Positions 38,192 through 50,393 of a stretch of 64,000 bases of DNA are shown one piece after another. The DNA comes from Calcarisporiella thermophila CBS 279.70 (Eukaryota > Fungi > Calcarisporiellomycota), in contig NW_027192209.1 in NCBI RefSeq assembly GCF_041956535.1, forward strand, positions 511,408 to 575,407, given 5' to 3'. Position 1 is the stretch's first letter. Every line of letters starts with the position of its first letter. The notes beneath the pieces were generated by a model, which saw only the letters and a list, made by a program, of their open reading frames with translations, did not search any database and was not told the origin of the DNA. The position numbers and the translations under genes were made by a program.

Positions 38192-38536
38192 ATAGACGAG
38201 ATGTCGTGCGCGAACGGCTTGTAAATAGCATTCGCCTCTTTTAGTTTTGTCTTTATTTGTCTATTCGAAGGTTTTTTTTTGAAGGCAAACAGTTTGCCGC
38301 AAACTAGCACGTTTACTTTTAATGCCAAGCCACTTTGAAAACCTAACCTATATCGGTTAAAGCGGTTGCGTTGAGCTGGTATGACAGCTGGGATTTTTTT
38401 TCTTTCGCTCTTCCCAATTTTTTTCATATAGGCTTCTAAGCACCGCTTTCCCCTTGAAGTTCCCCACAAACTTTTTCTATTCATTTACTCTCCTGCATCC
38501 ACTTCACCAGTTATATTGGTTTGCACACATTTAATA

Positions 38537-39672
38537 ATGGTTTATGAGAATGAGAAAAATGGCGAAATGCAATTCAAATTTCTCAAAGAAAAAACGGTAG
38601 GAATAGTCGGCGTGCCCTTCTCTGGTGGACAGGTAATGTTTCTTTGGTAGACTTGGTTTCCTCTTGCTGTATGCCTCTTATTATACGTACATATTCTTTT
38701 AATTGAGTCTCTGCTATTCGGTGGTGCGTGGGAGAGTTATGGCGTTAATTTTAAGTTATTTCAAATAATAATTTTATATATTCATTCTACTGTGAATTCT
38801 TTCCCTAGCCAAAAGCAGGAGTAGAGGAGGGCCCTGTCCGTTTAGTTGAATTTGGTCTAATAGATCAGCTGAAGGATCTCGGCTGGAAGGTTGAATTTAA
38901 TGGACATCAGGACTTCACTTTGTTGCGACCCGCCTCCGATCCTGATGTCGGTTCGCTTAAGAACCCCCGATATGTTTCACGCGTCACACGCGAAGTGTCT
39001 CGCCTTGTTGCCACCCATGCACACCAAAACCATATGGTGCTAACACTGGGCGGTGATCATAGTATTGCGCTTGGGACTGTAACGGGGATATTTGAGGCAT
39101 ATCCTGACGCATGTCTGATCTGGGTCGACGCCCATGCTGACATCAACACCCCTCAGTCCACGGTCAGCGGAAACCTGCACGGGTGCCCAGTGTCCTTTTT
39201 GCTGGGCCTTGCGGGTGATGTCCCTGAGTTTGAATGGATACGCCCCGTCCTGCAACCCGACCGAATCGTGTACATCGGACTGAGAGATGTCGATTCACCT
39301 GAGAAGCATATACTACGCAAATATGGCATCAAAGCCTATTCGATGCACGAAGTTGACAAGTACGGAATCGGTCGAGTGGTCGAGATGGCACTCGACGATG
39401 TCAACCCTCAACGTGACCGGCCAATCCATCTTAGCTTCGACGTTGACGCCCTTGATCCAAGCGTGGCACCAAGTACGGGCACCCCGGTCCGTGGAGGGCT
39501 AACCTTCAGAGAAGGACATTATATTTGCGAAGCACTCAACGAGACCGGCCTGCTTGTAGGGGTAGACTTGGTAGAAGTTAACCCAAGTCTTGCGGACTCG
39601 GATGCTGTGTATCAAACGGTCACGATAGGATGTTCGTTGACTCGGTGTTGTCTCGGAGAAACCCTGCTTTGA
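38537..39672 (+). CDS. CAR1: Arginase
   Basis: [44 protein letters not shown]. Confidence 0.97.
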
Positions 39673-40283
39673 TTTATTTAACCTCTGGTTTACTATTTAC
39701 CTGAGAGGGCAAGTGCTATCTGCCCAACTGTTTATTCTGCAGGATATGTAAGAGTACATTTGTATAGTAAAATGGCTTTTCATGCTTTTTTATATTTTTC
39801 TTTCCACAAGTCCGCTCTTTCGATACAGGTTTATTTTTTTCATTCCTTGTATTGCCTTCGCAGTTGTTTTCTCTATTAATCATGATCTGTTCAATAGCAG
39901 CTTGTTTCAATTTTGCCGAAACTCTTGTAATTTTCGAGACTTGATCCACTTTCATGGCGAGAATAGAGAAAACCTCCCTCATATCAATTAAATCTCCAAG
40001 ATACTACCTAGCTCCAACTACAGAGCTATATGGATGTTCCTTGTGAAAGCGGGTGGATGGTTAGAACTTATCCGAATCTCTGAAGCCATTGAGAAGAAAT
40101 ACTTTCGACTCGTGTACATGTTTGTTGATATAGGACCCGTGACTCAATTCACCAAAACAAACATCTTATGATAAGCCGTCGTTTATTAACCGTCTATAAA
40201 ATAAAATTTCGTTCACAAATTGGAAAGGAAAAAAAAAACAATAGCAATAAAAAAAATAAAAAAAAACCTCAAGATAGTCTAGT

Positions 40284-41993
40284 TTAATACTTCATCTGGC
40301 TGGCTTCAAAACCAACTACAGGGAATTTCCGAGAAAATTCTATTACATCTCGGCGAAGTGCCTCGACTTCCGCGCCTCCTGTGGTACCAATGGCGTCCTT
40401 GAAGTCCTTCAGCTTGGGGCCGCACTTGCTCTTCACTCCCAGGGCAATTTGCACACCGCGGTCAATATATTCGACGATTTGCTCGAAGTCCCTTTCTCCC
40501 AGTCCGCGAGAAGTCATGGCGGGGGTTCCTACACGTAATCCACCAGGGATCATAGCGCTCTTGTCACCGGGAACCGTATTCTTGTTGGCCGAAATGTTGG
40601 CAAGCTCGAGGACGCGTTCTACTCGGGCGCCATCGATGCCCTTTCCACGCAGGTCAACCAGGAGGAGATGGTTGTCAGATCCACCACTTACTAAGTCATA
40701 GCCTCTCTGCTGGAATGCGCGTGCAAATGCTTGGTTGTTGTCAAGCACCTGCTGCTGGTACTCCTTGTAAGAGGGATCCTTGACCTGCTTCAAAGCCACA
40801 GCAAGGGCAGTGATGGTGTGATTGTGGGGACCACCTTGATGCCCGGGGAACACGGACTGGTTGATGGCGTTCTCGAGATCGTACAACACCTCATTGCCCT
40901 TTTTGTCAACTCGGCGTACGCCCTTACGGTAAAAGATCAAGGCTCCACGGGGGCCACGGAGAGACTTGTGAGTGGTGGTCGTCACGATATCCGAATGTTC
41001 GAAAGGGGATGGTAGCACGCCTGCAGCCACCATACCACTTATATGCGCCATATCAGTAACCAAGTAGGCGTTCACCTTGTCGGCAGTCCCCTTCATTCTT
41101 GCATAATCAATCTTGCGCGAATACGCACTTGCTCCGGCAACTATGACCTTGGGGCGATAGAGAACGGCCGTGCGATCAAGCATATCGTAGTCAATAAGTC
41201 CGGTGCGCTCGTCAAGACGATAAGGCATCGTTTCAAAATAAGCAGACACTTGAGAAATCTTCTTTGTGTCGGTTTGATAACCATGGGAAAGATGACCCCC
41301 ATGAGGGAGGTCAAGGCCCATCAATCGCTCGTGTGGCTTCATAACCGATGCGTAACTATAACGAGATAAGTTTATATTAGTTCAGTTCATCATTGCTAAT
41401 GGCTCACTATTAAGCAAATAACTTCGGCCAAAAAATACTCACACGTAGAGATTGGCGGGTGCGCCGGACAAACTTTGCACGTTGACACCCCAGCGCTCTG
41501 GATCCAGATTGAAGGCTTCCAATGCCCGCTTCTGACAAAGTCGCTCTGCCATGTCGATGTATTCATTACCGCCATAATACCTTGCTCCAGGGTATCCTTC
41601 GCTATATTTGTTTTGCATCACGGATCCGAGGGCATCCATGACGGCACGTGAAGTGAAATTCTCAGATGGAATCAGATCAATTCCATCGCGCTGCCGTGCT
41701 TTCTCTTTCTCGATAATATCGAAAACTTCCGAGTCTATTTCTTGCAGGGGTTTGTTAAGAAGCTAAAGCAGATGGAATTAGTTAGATGATAGAGGACAGG
41801 ATGGAGAAGAAAAGTTAATATCAACCTCTGTTTGGCCGGCTGGGAAGGCATATCCTCGCTAAGCGATCGGAAGGAAAATAAACACAGAAATAAATTATCT
41901 AGTCAAATGTGGGTATCAATAGCAACTCACTAGAGGAATGCGCATTTGCAGTGACCGGTTAGCAGCTGTGCGTTGTAGAATTGTCCTGAACAT
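40284..41993 (-). CDS. SHM1: Serine hydroxymethyltransferase, mitochondrial (4 exons)
   Basis: Presequence [18 protein letters not shown]; [35 protein letters not shown]. Confidence 0.97.
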
Positions 41994-43155
41994 TGCGGTG
42001 CTTATCAACAGATAAAAGAAAGGGGGAGAGCAAGTGCGAAAAAGAAAATAAAACGTGGGAAATCGGGCCACTTGATTATCTCACTGCGCATTTTTGTTGA
42101 GTAAACTTGATGGTCCAAATGGAGTATTGAATGGATACCAAAATACTTTAATGGTAACTAGAGTAAACACTGTTTATATATAGACATTCAAAGCCTGCCA
42201 ATATTGCATTTGTATCATTCTTTATCATCCACTATCGAAGGTAATTTCAAATAAAATGCAATTGGCCAGATTGAAGTCGGAATGCGGCCTCCATTGAAGA
42301 GTAGTTAAGGAGCTATCTTGCCAACATCTTTCTGCAGGGTAATAGGCTAGCTTCATTTGGACTTTAAGCCTATTTTTTCCGAGCACTTTTGCCCTTTCGT
42401 TATAGAATGGTTCGTTAGGATGTTTTTTCTAAAGAGATAGTTTGTTGTTAGCAACTAATTAACCAATTTTCGGCCATGTGTGCGGGATTATTAAATCCAG
42501 GAAAATCCGAATTGGGGATATTAAAACAACCTTGTTGAAAAAGGTTAGCCTTTATATTCTACATTCAACGAAAGACTACCGTTCACGTCCAAAATAAATG
42601 TACATCATACCCAAGTGCTTTGAATCAACTAACTTTCTCATCTTTGACCCCATCCTTTTCCTTGTAGCCTTGTAAATCATAAACCTAATAATAAAAAAAA
42701 AAGAATATGATGTGATAGGACAGCAATCTAACAATTAGATTCGCATCGGAATAGGTTTAGGTGAGGGTGCATGCGAAAAATGAGAAAATGCGAACTCAAT
42801 GCTTTGTTAGCGCTCCAATATTTTTTAGAGTAACCAAGATCCATACATATGATACCTCTTAGGATCGATAGATTAATCCACCCCATCCAATATCTAATGA
42901 AACTATATCTGACTATGATTAATATCCATTCAGGTAAATGTGGGAGTAGAGGCAGCATAGGGTGAACAAAACATCTTTTCTTGTTAATTCCCAATTAGTG
43001 AGATACATATAGTGAGAATGATAGATATTATGAACTCAAACGTGTATAGGTGTTTCAATGTCCAACAGGTAGTTTAATTTAGTTTTCTATAAGAAATGGC
43101 TGTTCAAGCCCGTTTATTAATATAATATACAATGTTTTGGCCAACTTGTCCGAAT

Positions 43156-43431
43156 CTACTCCTCGTCGATGTTCTGGTTAAGGGACCCGGAGTCAGTGTT
43201 AGAGTTGAGGTTGTTGTTCTGGTTATTAGAACCAATCTAGGGAGAAATAAAAATTGTATCAGCTCGTCTCTCAAGTAATGATTTTTTTTGGCTAGGCTTT
43301 ATAATGCTCACCTGTTGGCTACCACCCACGGTATTATCTTTACCGATTTTAATGTCGCGACGATCGAATGCGTCGTTGTTAGCAGCGACGAGAGCAGTCA
43401 AAGCAAGGATGCAAAGGAGAGAAAACTTCAT
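43156..43431 (-). CDS. 66-aa secreted pre-pro-peptide with Kex2 site and N/Q-rich mature peptide
   Basis: Exon 1 43431-43312, intron GTGAGC...GCTGAT...CCCTAG 43311-43237, exon 2 43236-43156: MKFSLLCILALTALVAA-NNDAFDRR-DIKIGKDNTVGGSQQ/IGSNNQNNNLNSNTDSGSLNQNIDEE*. Confidence 0.85.
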
Positions 43432-43531
43432 ATTTACTGTTCAAGGATTGGATTGAGTATTATTAGAAGGGATGGAGCGAGAGAAGAATTATTGATGAAG
43501 AAACTGTCAGAACGGATATAAGATTAGAGGG

Positions 43532-43539
43532 TTTATATA
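43532..43539 (-). promoter_or_regulatory. TATA box of the peptide gene
   Basis: TATATAAA on the minus strand about 100 bp upstream of the ATG, followed by a pyrimidine-rich leader. Confidence 0.6.
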
Positions 43540-45084
43540 GACAATTTTCTCAGGGTGGCAAATTCAGCAAAATTATAACTGTTTTTAGTCACTACAATTA
43601 TAGTAGGTACCGAGAGTTTCATTTGCCCCTTTCACGACATCGGGCCAAATCTCCAAGACAATGCCCTGCTTGCGGCTCACACGCGAGGGTATTCATTTGC
43701 CTAGCGCGTTCCGACCTGATTCGACCAAAACCTGACTGTACTACCTAAAATATTCTTCCGAGGAAGCGTTTTTCTCAAAAAGCAAAGATAGACACTGGAA
43801 CGCTATGTGCCCGTACTCATTTCCATCGTAAGAGGTTACGGCAAAGATATTGTACTTGGGCTCCTAGTCTATTATTTTATAGGGCCTACACGAATTCTTC
43901 TAGATGGAGATTGGTAATCAACTTTTAACTACATATATACATATGCACATAACTATACTTTATAAATATAGATGTACATCATGAAACCAGTCTGTTAAGT
44001 TAGTAATACATATGAACCGAGCACACTTCGAAAACGGAGAAAGAAGGCTAGCGGCAAAGATATAGCGCAAGAGGTCTTATTTCTAATTCTATTATAATCA
44101 ATAAATTCTATTTGATAAGCGGCTTAGAGGGTATCCCTGCAAAAGAGTTTCGGCATAAGATTTTGACTACGAATCCCACTATTGGAGTTGATACAAGCAA
44201 ATCTAAACCATATTTAGGCAATATTCCTAGATTGAATACGAGATTATTGATAAACTGTGAGCTTCAGAACATTTCCATGGCGCATAATAACTTGTTTCCA
44301 AATTCTTGCTGATTTCAGAGCATCTTGTCTGCTACACGTTCAGATTATCTAATAATGAGAGCAGATTTTTCCCAAAGTTCAATTGACTCTATTCAAAGCT
44401 CTAGGTAGCATTCTTGCGGTTAGGTGTCTCTTCGAGTCATCGCCATCAAGACACAGGCTACGGTTGGCAAATCTCTTCTGCCGCAGCCCAAAATACCCTT
44501 AAGCACAGCCTATTCTACGCGTAAAGTTAGTGCAGGTAGATTTCAATGTGTATAGCTCGTTCAAATTATAGGATTACTGATGCTGGGTGTCATAAAAAAT
44601 GAAGGATAAAACTAGTTGCATGTTAATCTGAATATGGTGATTTTGGGACGCAGCATAGTGTAAGTGATCGCATGGAAATCAGGATGTGCTTGTAGAGTTG
44701 TCTGGGAGCATCCAATCGCGAATAAGCCAATCTAGTTAACTTTTTTATAGTGCACGTGCTATAATATCTTCAGGAAAGCAGTCTCAATGCGCTAGTTCGA
44801 TCGGCTCAAGTGATCATTTTCCTATTTTGACCAACATAGAAAGTAATTAAAAAAAAGTATCAGTGCGCTGTCTATCAATGTCCTCCGCACACTCTTTTAT
44901 TATCTCTTTATCCCTTCCCCTCCTCCTCATTCCTTCATTCAATCCTTTGCTTCGCATAATATTTGTCATCCCGCATTCACATTCATCTCGCACTTTTCTC
45001 CGTAATCTCAATTAGTCACATACCTTCATTTTCATATTTGTGTTCTCCAACTTTCAATTCCATCAATTCTCATTTTCACATAAC

Positions 45085-47266
45085 ATGCATTTCGGTGGTT
45101 TTCTAGTTTTTTTCTTTTTTCCTACTGCAATAGCCTACTACGATCCTCTAAAAACCTACTATGCCATAGAGCTATCCCCAGAAACTTCCCCTTCTTACGT
45201 GTCGAGCGCGTTTGGCGTAGAATGGGAGGGTCCGGTTGGCCAACTCCCACATCACCACTTGTTTAGCACCCGAGGTTCCCACCATAGCGGACTTGAAGAA
45301 TGGAATGGTGCACGATGGATGGAGCGACAAATTCCGCGTTGGCGAGCTAAGCGAGGAGTGATCAGAAATAGCGAAAGAAGTGTGTGTGTTGCAGGGTCGG
45401 TGTGTTCGAGCGAAATGGCCGACGGGCGGCAGTGGCATCTTCGTAATACCGAACAACTTGGCCACGACCTGAATGTGACGGAGGTGTGGAGGCAAGGGGT
45501 GACAGGGCGAGGCGTTATTGTGGCTGTGATAGATGACGGCATCGATATGGAGAATGAGGATCTGCGCAGCAATTATTATGCAGAGGGCTCGTACGATTTC
45601 AATACCCATACGGCAACCCCGCGGCCAAGGGGTCCTGCTGACACCCATGGAACAAGGTGCGCGGGGGAAATTGCAGCCGCAAGGAATGATATGTGCGGTG
45701 TGGGGGTCGCTTACGAAGCAAAGATATCCGGTGAATATTTTTCAACGCTAAACTAAGATTATCCTGTTTTCAATGAATATTTATCAAGCTAACATAAAAA
45801 CCATCCGTTTTACACAATAGGGATAAGAATGCTCTCTGGGGCGATTATTGACGCCGATGAGGCTGCGGCACTTACTCACGCTTACCATGACAACGCCATA
45901 TACACCTGCAGTTGGGGTCCCCCCGATGATGGTGAAACGCTTGAAGCACCCTCTCCCCTTATCCAGCGCGCGTTGGAGCATGGGACGCAGCACGGTCGCC
46001 ACGGCAAGGGGAGCATCTATGTGTTTGCGTCGGGAAATGGCGGGTGGGAGGATAATTGCAATTTCGATGGGTATGCGAACAGTATCTATACAATGACGAT
46101 TGGCGCGATCGATCGTTGGGACAATTTCCCGGCGTACGCAGAACGCTGTGCGGCATTAATTGGGGTGACTTATAGTAGCGGAAATGAAAGCTTTATTGTG
46201 AGTATCGAAGAATGCAATTCGGCCAATTCATGGATCATTTAAATTAACAAGGATCTATTTGCCCCTATCAAAAAAGACAACGACCGATGTGGGAACAGCA
46301 GGTTGCACGGAGCATCATGGCGGAACTTCCGCAGCTGCCCCACTTGCCGCCGGAATCTTTGCCCTAGTCTTGTCAATACGGCCTGATCTCAGTTGGCGCG
46401 ATGTCCAGCGCCTGGCCATTGAGAATGCCGTTCCGTTTGCTCTCGAGGACCCCGATTGGCAGCCCACAGCGGCCAAGAGGATGTTCAACCACAAATTTGG
46501 ATATGGAAAAATGGATGCATTTCGCATGGTTGAAGCTGCTCGCAATTTTAAACGCGTAGGAAAACATGCTAGGTGGGAAATCCCGGAAAAAGTCGTGTCC
46601 AAACCCGTACCGCGTTCTTCGAAGACGGGACTAACCTCCTCGGTGCATGTAGAGAGGGAGGAGGGGGTCTCCAGCGCAGTATCCAGGATTGGATACGTTG
46701 AACATGTATCCGTCACACTGACCCTTGAGCACCCGCGGCGAGGGGACGTAGAGGTTTTGCTTATAAGTCCTTCAGGGATTGTGTCGCAGCTCGCGACTCC
46801 GCGAAAGTACGATTCCAGTTCGGAAGGCTTCACGGATTGGACGTTCACAAGCGTCAAGCACTGGTAAATAGCGCAGTAGTCTAAGTATGGCACCGGATGT
46901 ACTGAAGCTTCTATTGTTGGCTTTTCTAGGGATGAGAGCCCATATGGCACTTGGGCGCTTCGTATTTTGGACCATGGGAGGAATGGGGCGCTCCCTGAGG
47001 GCCGGCTGGTTACATGGAGACTCACCTTCTACGGAGAAGAGTATCCTAGAGTGAATGAGGGCGAAGATTGGCCAGGCTCGCGCCTTGGAGGTGAAAGGAA
47101 AGTGCTGGAGAGAGTTGAGAGTGCAAGCGAAAGGGCCGTGTCATGGCGATACGTACTTTTGGTTATGATGGGATGCGTGATGTGTAGTGGAGCGTTGGTA
47201 TTAAAGCGGATATGGATGCGGCGTCAGTCGGATATGATTGCCTTGAGCGAAAATTTTAAACAATGA
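45085..47266 (+). CDS. KEX2: Kexin/Kex2-like subtilisin proprotein convertase (4 exons)
   Basis: Signal peptide, prodomain ending RWRAKR, catalytic D (IDDG), H (HGTRCAGE), N (SGNGG), S (GGTSAAAP), P-domain (VEHV..HPRRGD), TM and 20-aa tail. Confidence 0.93.
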
Positions 47267-47362
47267 AATACCCCTTCTTAGTGTTGATCCAATTCAGACA
47301 TTAGTTGTTTATTTTTTGCCACCTATTTTATCTCCTAAAACTGTAGCAAAATAAAGCCGAGA

Positions 47363-48557
47363 ATGGACATTGGGCTCCAGTGCGATGTCAAAACTTGCCA
47401 GCAACTAGACTTTCTTCCGTTTCAATGTCCCCTGTGTGATCACTCCTATTGGTAATCATCCGTCTGCAGCCTCTAAGGCATGCGTCTAAATATGGTGGAG
47501 AGTTTAGCTTAGATCATCGATTTCCATTGTCCCATTCGTGTCCCAATTGGGAGGGGAGGAAAGCTCTGGTGTGCGAGCGATGCAATGGTCTTGTCGTGGG
47601 AGAAGAGAATATTCACAAACTTGTATGTAGATCACATTTGAGAATGTTGCCCAAGAGTTTGAGCGTAGTAATGAGAATTTCATACATTAGCTAGAAGAGC
47701 ATAAGTCTTCGGGCTGTAAATCCAATCTTTTCGCGTCACAAAAGCAGGCTACCTCCGAATGTCATGTCAATGGATGCGGGCCCATTGCTCTCAAGAAAGG
47801 GGTCGTCTGTTCTGGGTGCGGGGAAACATTCTGTTTAAAGTAATTCTATGTGATGTTCCTCTTTATCTTCACTCACAAAAAGACTTTACACACCGTCCAT
47901 TCTATTAGACATCGCCACGTTTCTAGTCATGCTTGCCCTTCGCTCCACATGCTCTCCGCTCAAAAGCATCTCCGTCGTGAGGCGGCCCTTGCTGCTACCT
48001 CATCTCTCGTGGATGCTTCTGCCAACAAGGAGAGGAAAACATGGACGCCAAAGAAGGCTGGGTCAAAGACATCCCGCATGGTGGAGCTGATGCGAATTAA
48101 GTCGCGGGCTGAAGGTGATAAATCTGTGCCGTTGTCATCGAGAGTTTATGTCAGTGTGGAATTTCCAAAGGAATGTGGGCTTGCCGCTAAGCCTATGTTT
48201 TTTGATAAGGTATTTTTGAGCAAAGTAAGCCGAAGATTTGGTCAGCAGAGTTTAAGGAGATCTGGTTTCATATAGACCTGGAGCCTGGGGAGGGTGTTGG
48301 ACCGAATCTCGCAAATAGCCAACGTTTCTAACTCCAACAATCAACTGGGTGCAACGGACCTTCAGGTAAGAGACATGAGCGTAAGCTCTGATTTCCTTTG
48401 CTTAGGAACGAGTGTTTATTTTTGGTTGATATTATCGATGAGATAGAGGCTTGTGGTGTTAGTGGATGGCGAGCAGGCTGCAAATGATTCGAAAATCGAC
48501 GAGGTCGAAAATGGGGCGACTCTCAAGGTCGAGCGGCTCTCGGCTCTCCAGGAATAA
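47363..48557 (+). CDS. AN1-type zinc finger protein (ZFAND1/Cuz1-like)
   Basis: IGLQCDVKTCQQLDFLPFQCPLCDHSYC/LDHR..HSC; second AN1 finger CSGCGETFCLK/HRH..HAC; C-terminal ubiquitin-like part KPMFFDK/TWSLGRVLD. Confidence 0.9.
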
Positions 48558-48963
48558 ACGACTGCTTTGCTGATTTATAATAGCAGGCGGCCATTTGCTT
48601 CGTCATCCTATCTTGATTTATAAGATAAAGTCGGACAAGGCCTGATGTGGGGGGGGGAAAGCTTAAATGATTGACGGCTCGGCGCCCAAGTACTGGATGA
48701 AGTAGAAAGACTGAGAATGAAAATCGAGCACGCAATTGCAGAATAGAACCATTTGTTCTGCACCGGCGAATTGTAGCAGACCCTGGAACTCTATTTCCTC
48801 GATTTCAGTTCATATATATATATTCCAGGCAGACCCCTACCAAGAAGGGACCTTGCATAAACATAATTCAAACCTTCTCACATTCAATTCTACTCGTCTG
48901 TTTATTATTTCCTCTAATCCTTTGACACTATTTATTATACCTCCCTCCTGACCAACTCACATC

Positions 48964-49852
48964 ATGGCCACAGCCTGGGAAATCATTTCACAAGTGATCG
49001 GGTGGATATACTTTCTCGGTACTTAATCTCCTCGAATCCGCACCCCCTCCCCCGGGGCGATCATCGCACTCTTGCTAACCCTCCTCTTCCTCACTAGCTT
49101 GGACAATAAGTTTCTATCCACAGCTCATCCTCAATTTCCGCCGCAAATCCGTTTCTGGCCTTAGTCTCGACTTTCTCTGGCTCAATCTCTGGGGCTTCTC
49201 ATTCTATACGGTCTACAACGCTGCATTCTACTGGAACCCTGTCATCCAGGCCCAATATCGCGCACAACACAATGGCAATAACAACACTGTGGCACCTAAC
49301 GATGTGTTTTTCCCGCTCCATGCCGTAGCAATCACTCTCCTCACTATCCTTCAGACCTTTATCTACAAGCGAGCGCCTGGACAGCGGGTATCGTGGATTG
49401 CCTACACGTACATTGCTGTGACCGCGATCGGGTTCCTGGTGTACGTCGGATTAGCTGCGACGGAAAAGGTCGAGTGGATCAATGTCCTGTATTACATGAG
49501 CTATGTCAAACTCGTTGTCTCGTTCCTCAAATACTGCCCACAACTTTATCTCAACTTTGTGCGCCGATCGACGGTGGGCTGGAGCATCGTCAACATCTTG
49601 CTCGACTTCACTGGTGGGCTCCTCTCCATTCTACAGCTTGTGATTGACTGCGCAGTGAGCGGTGACTGGTCGGGCATTCAAGGCAATCCCGCCAAGCTTG
49701 GCCTTGGGCTCCTATCGATCTTCTTCGACATACTGTTTTTGCTACAGCACTACGTGTTTTACAGGGGGCGGAGAGACCCAGACTTGGAGGCAAGAAAGGG
49801 AGACGAGTCGTTGGAGAAGGGGATCGAGACCGTGGAAAACGTCAAATTGTAA
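48964..49852 (+). CDS. ERS1: Cystinosin/Ers1 PQ-loop transporter
   Basis: IGWIYFL/AWTISFYPQLILNFRRKSVSGLSLDF; KYCPQLYLNFVRRSTVGWSIVNILLDFTGG; NPAKLGLG. Confidence 0.95.
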
Positions 49853-49943
49853 AACTTGTAAATAGTATATTCTGCATCCTTGTGTTCATACCTCGTCTAT
49901 CCTCGCGCGAGAGGGGATAGTGCAAGATTCCAAAGAGGAGAGA

Positions 49944-49977
49944 GAAGAAGGAGGAAGAAGAAGAAGAAGAAGAAAAA
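49944..49977 (+). repeat. (GAA)n microsatellite
   Basis: Imperfect run of GAA/GGA units. Confidence 0.8.
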
Positions 49978-50393
49978 GTCCAACATCATCAATATATTTT
50001 ATTATGTAAATAGTAATAAAGGGAATAGAATAATGTATTATCCTAGTGGTTACTTTTCAAGAAGCTAGCCAATGGGTTGAAACGAGTTAATAGTGGAGAG
50101 GAGAGGTGGTCGGCAGGGGGAAAATACAATATAGATAGTAATACATAACATGATTGCGAGAGCAGAGGAGGGGGTACTAAGATTAGTGTATAGTGGATAT
50201 CATGAACAAGAAGATAAGGAAGAAAAGTCCAGTCATGGTGTATATATACTGAGGATAGAGATATATATGTATAAGGGTGCGTGTGTATGTGTATCTGGGT
50301 TGCTAATGGAGAAAGGGATGCAAAACAAAAAAAAAAAAATAGTAGAAATAAAACAAAAACAAGGTAGTGTCAGAGGGTGGCGGATTTGCTCAT

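Noticed and set aside
38381-38431. Short uORF upstream of arginase
   Set aside because: Low-complexity T-rich peptide, no similarity to the arginine attenuator peptide, and possibly upstream of the TSS
43237-43431. Unspliced 64-aa ORF given in the track for the peptide gene
   Set aside because: It runs through a canonical intron and stops at the acceptor TAG; the spliced form continues the repeat register
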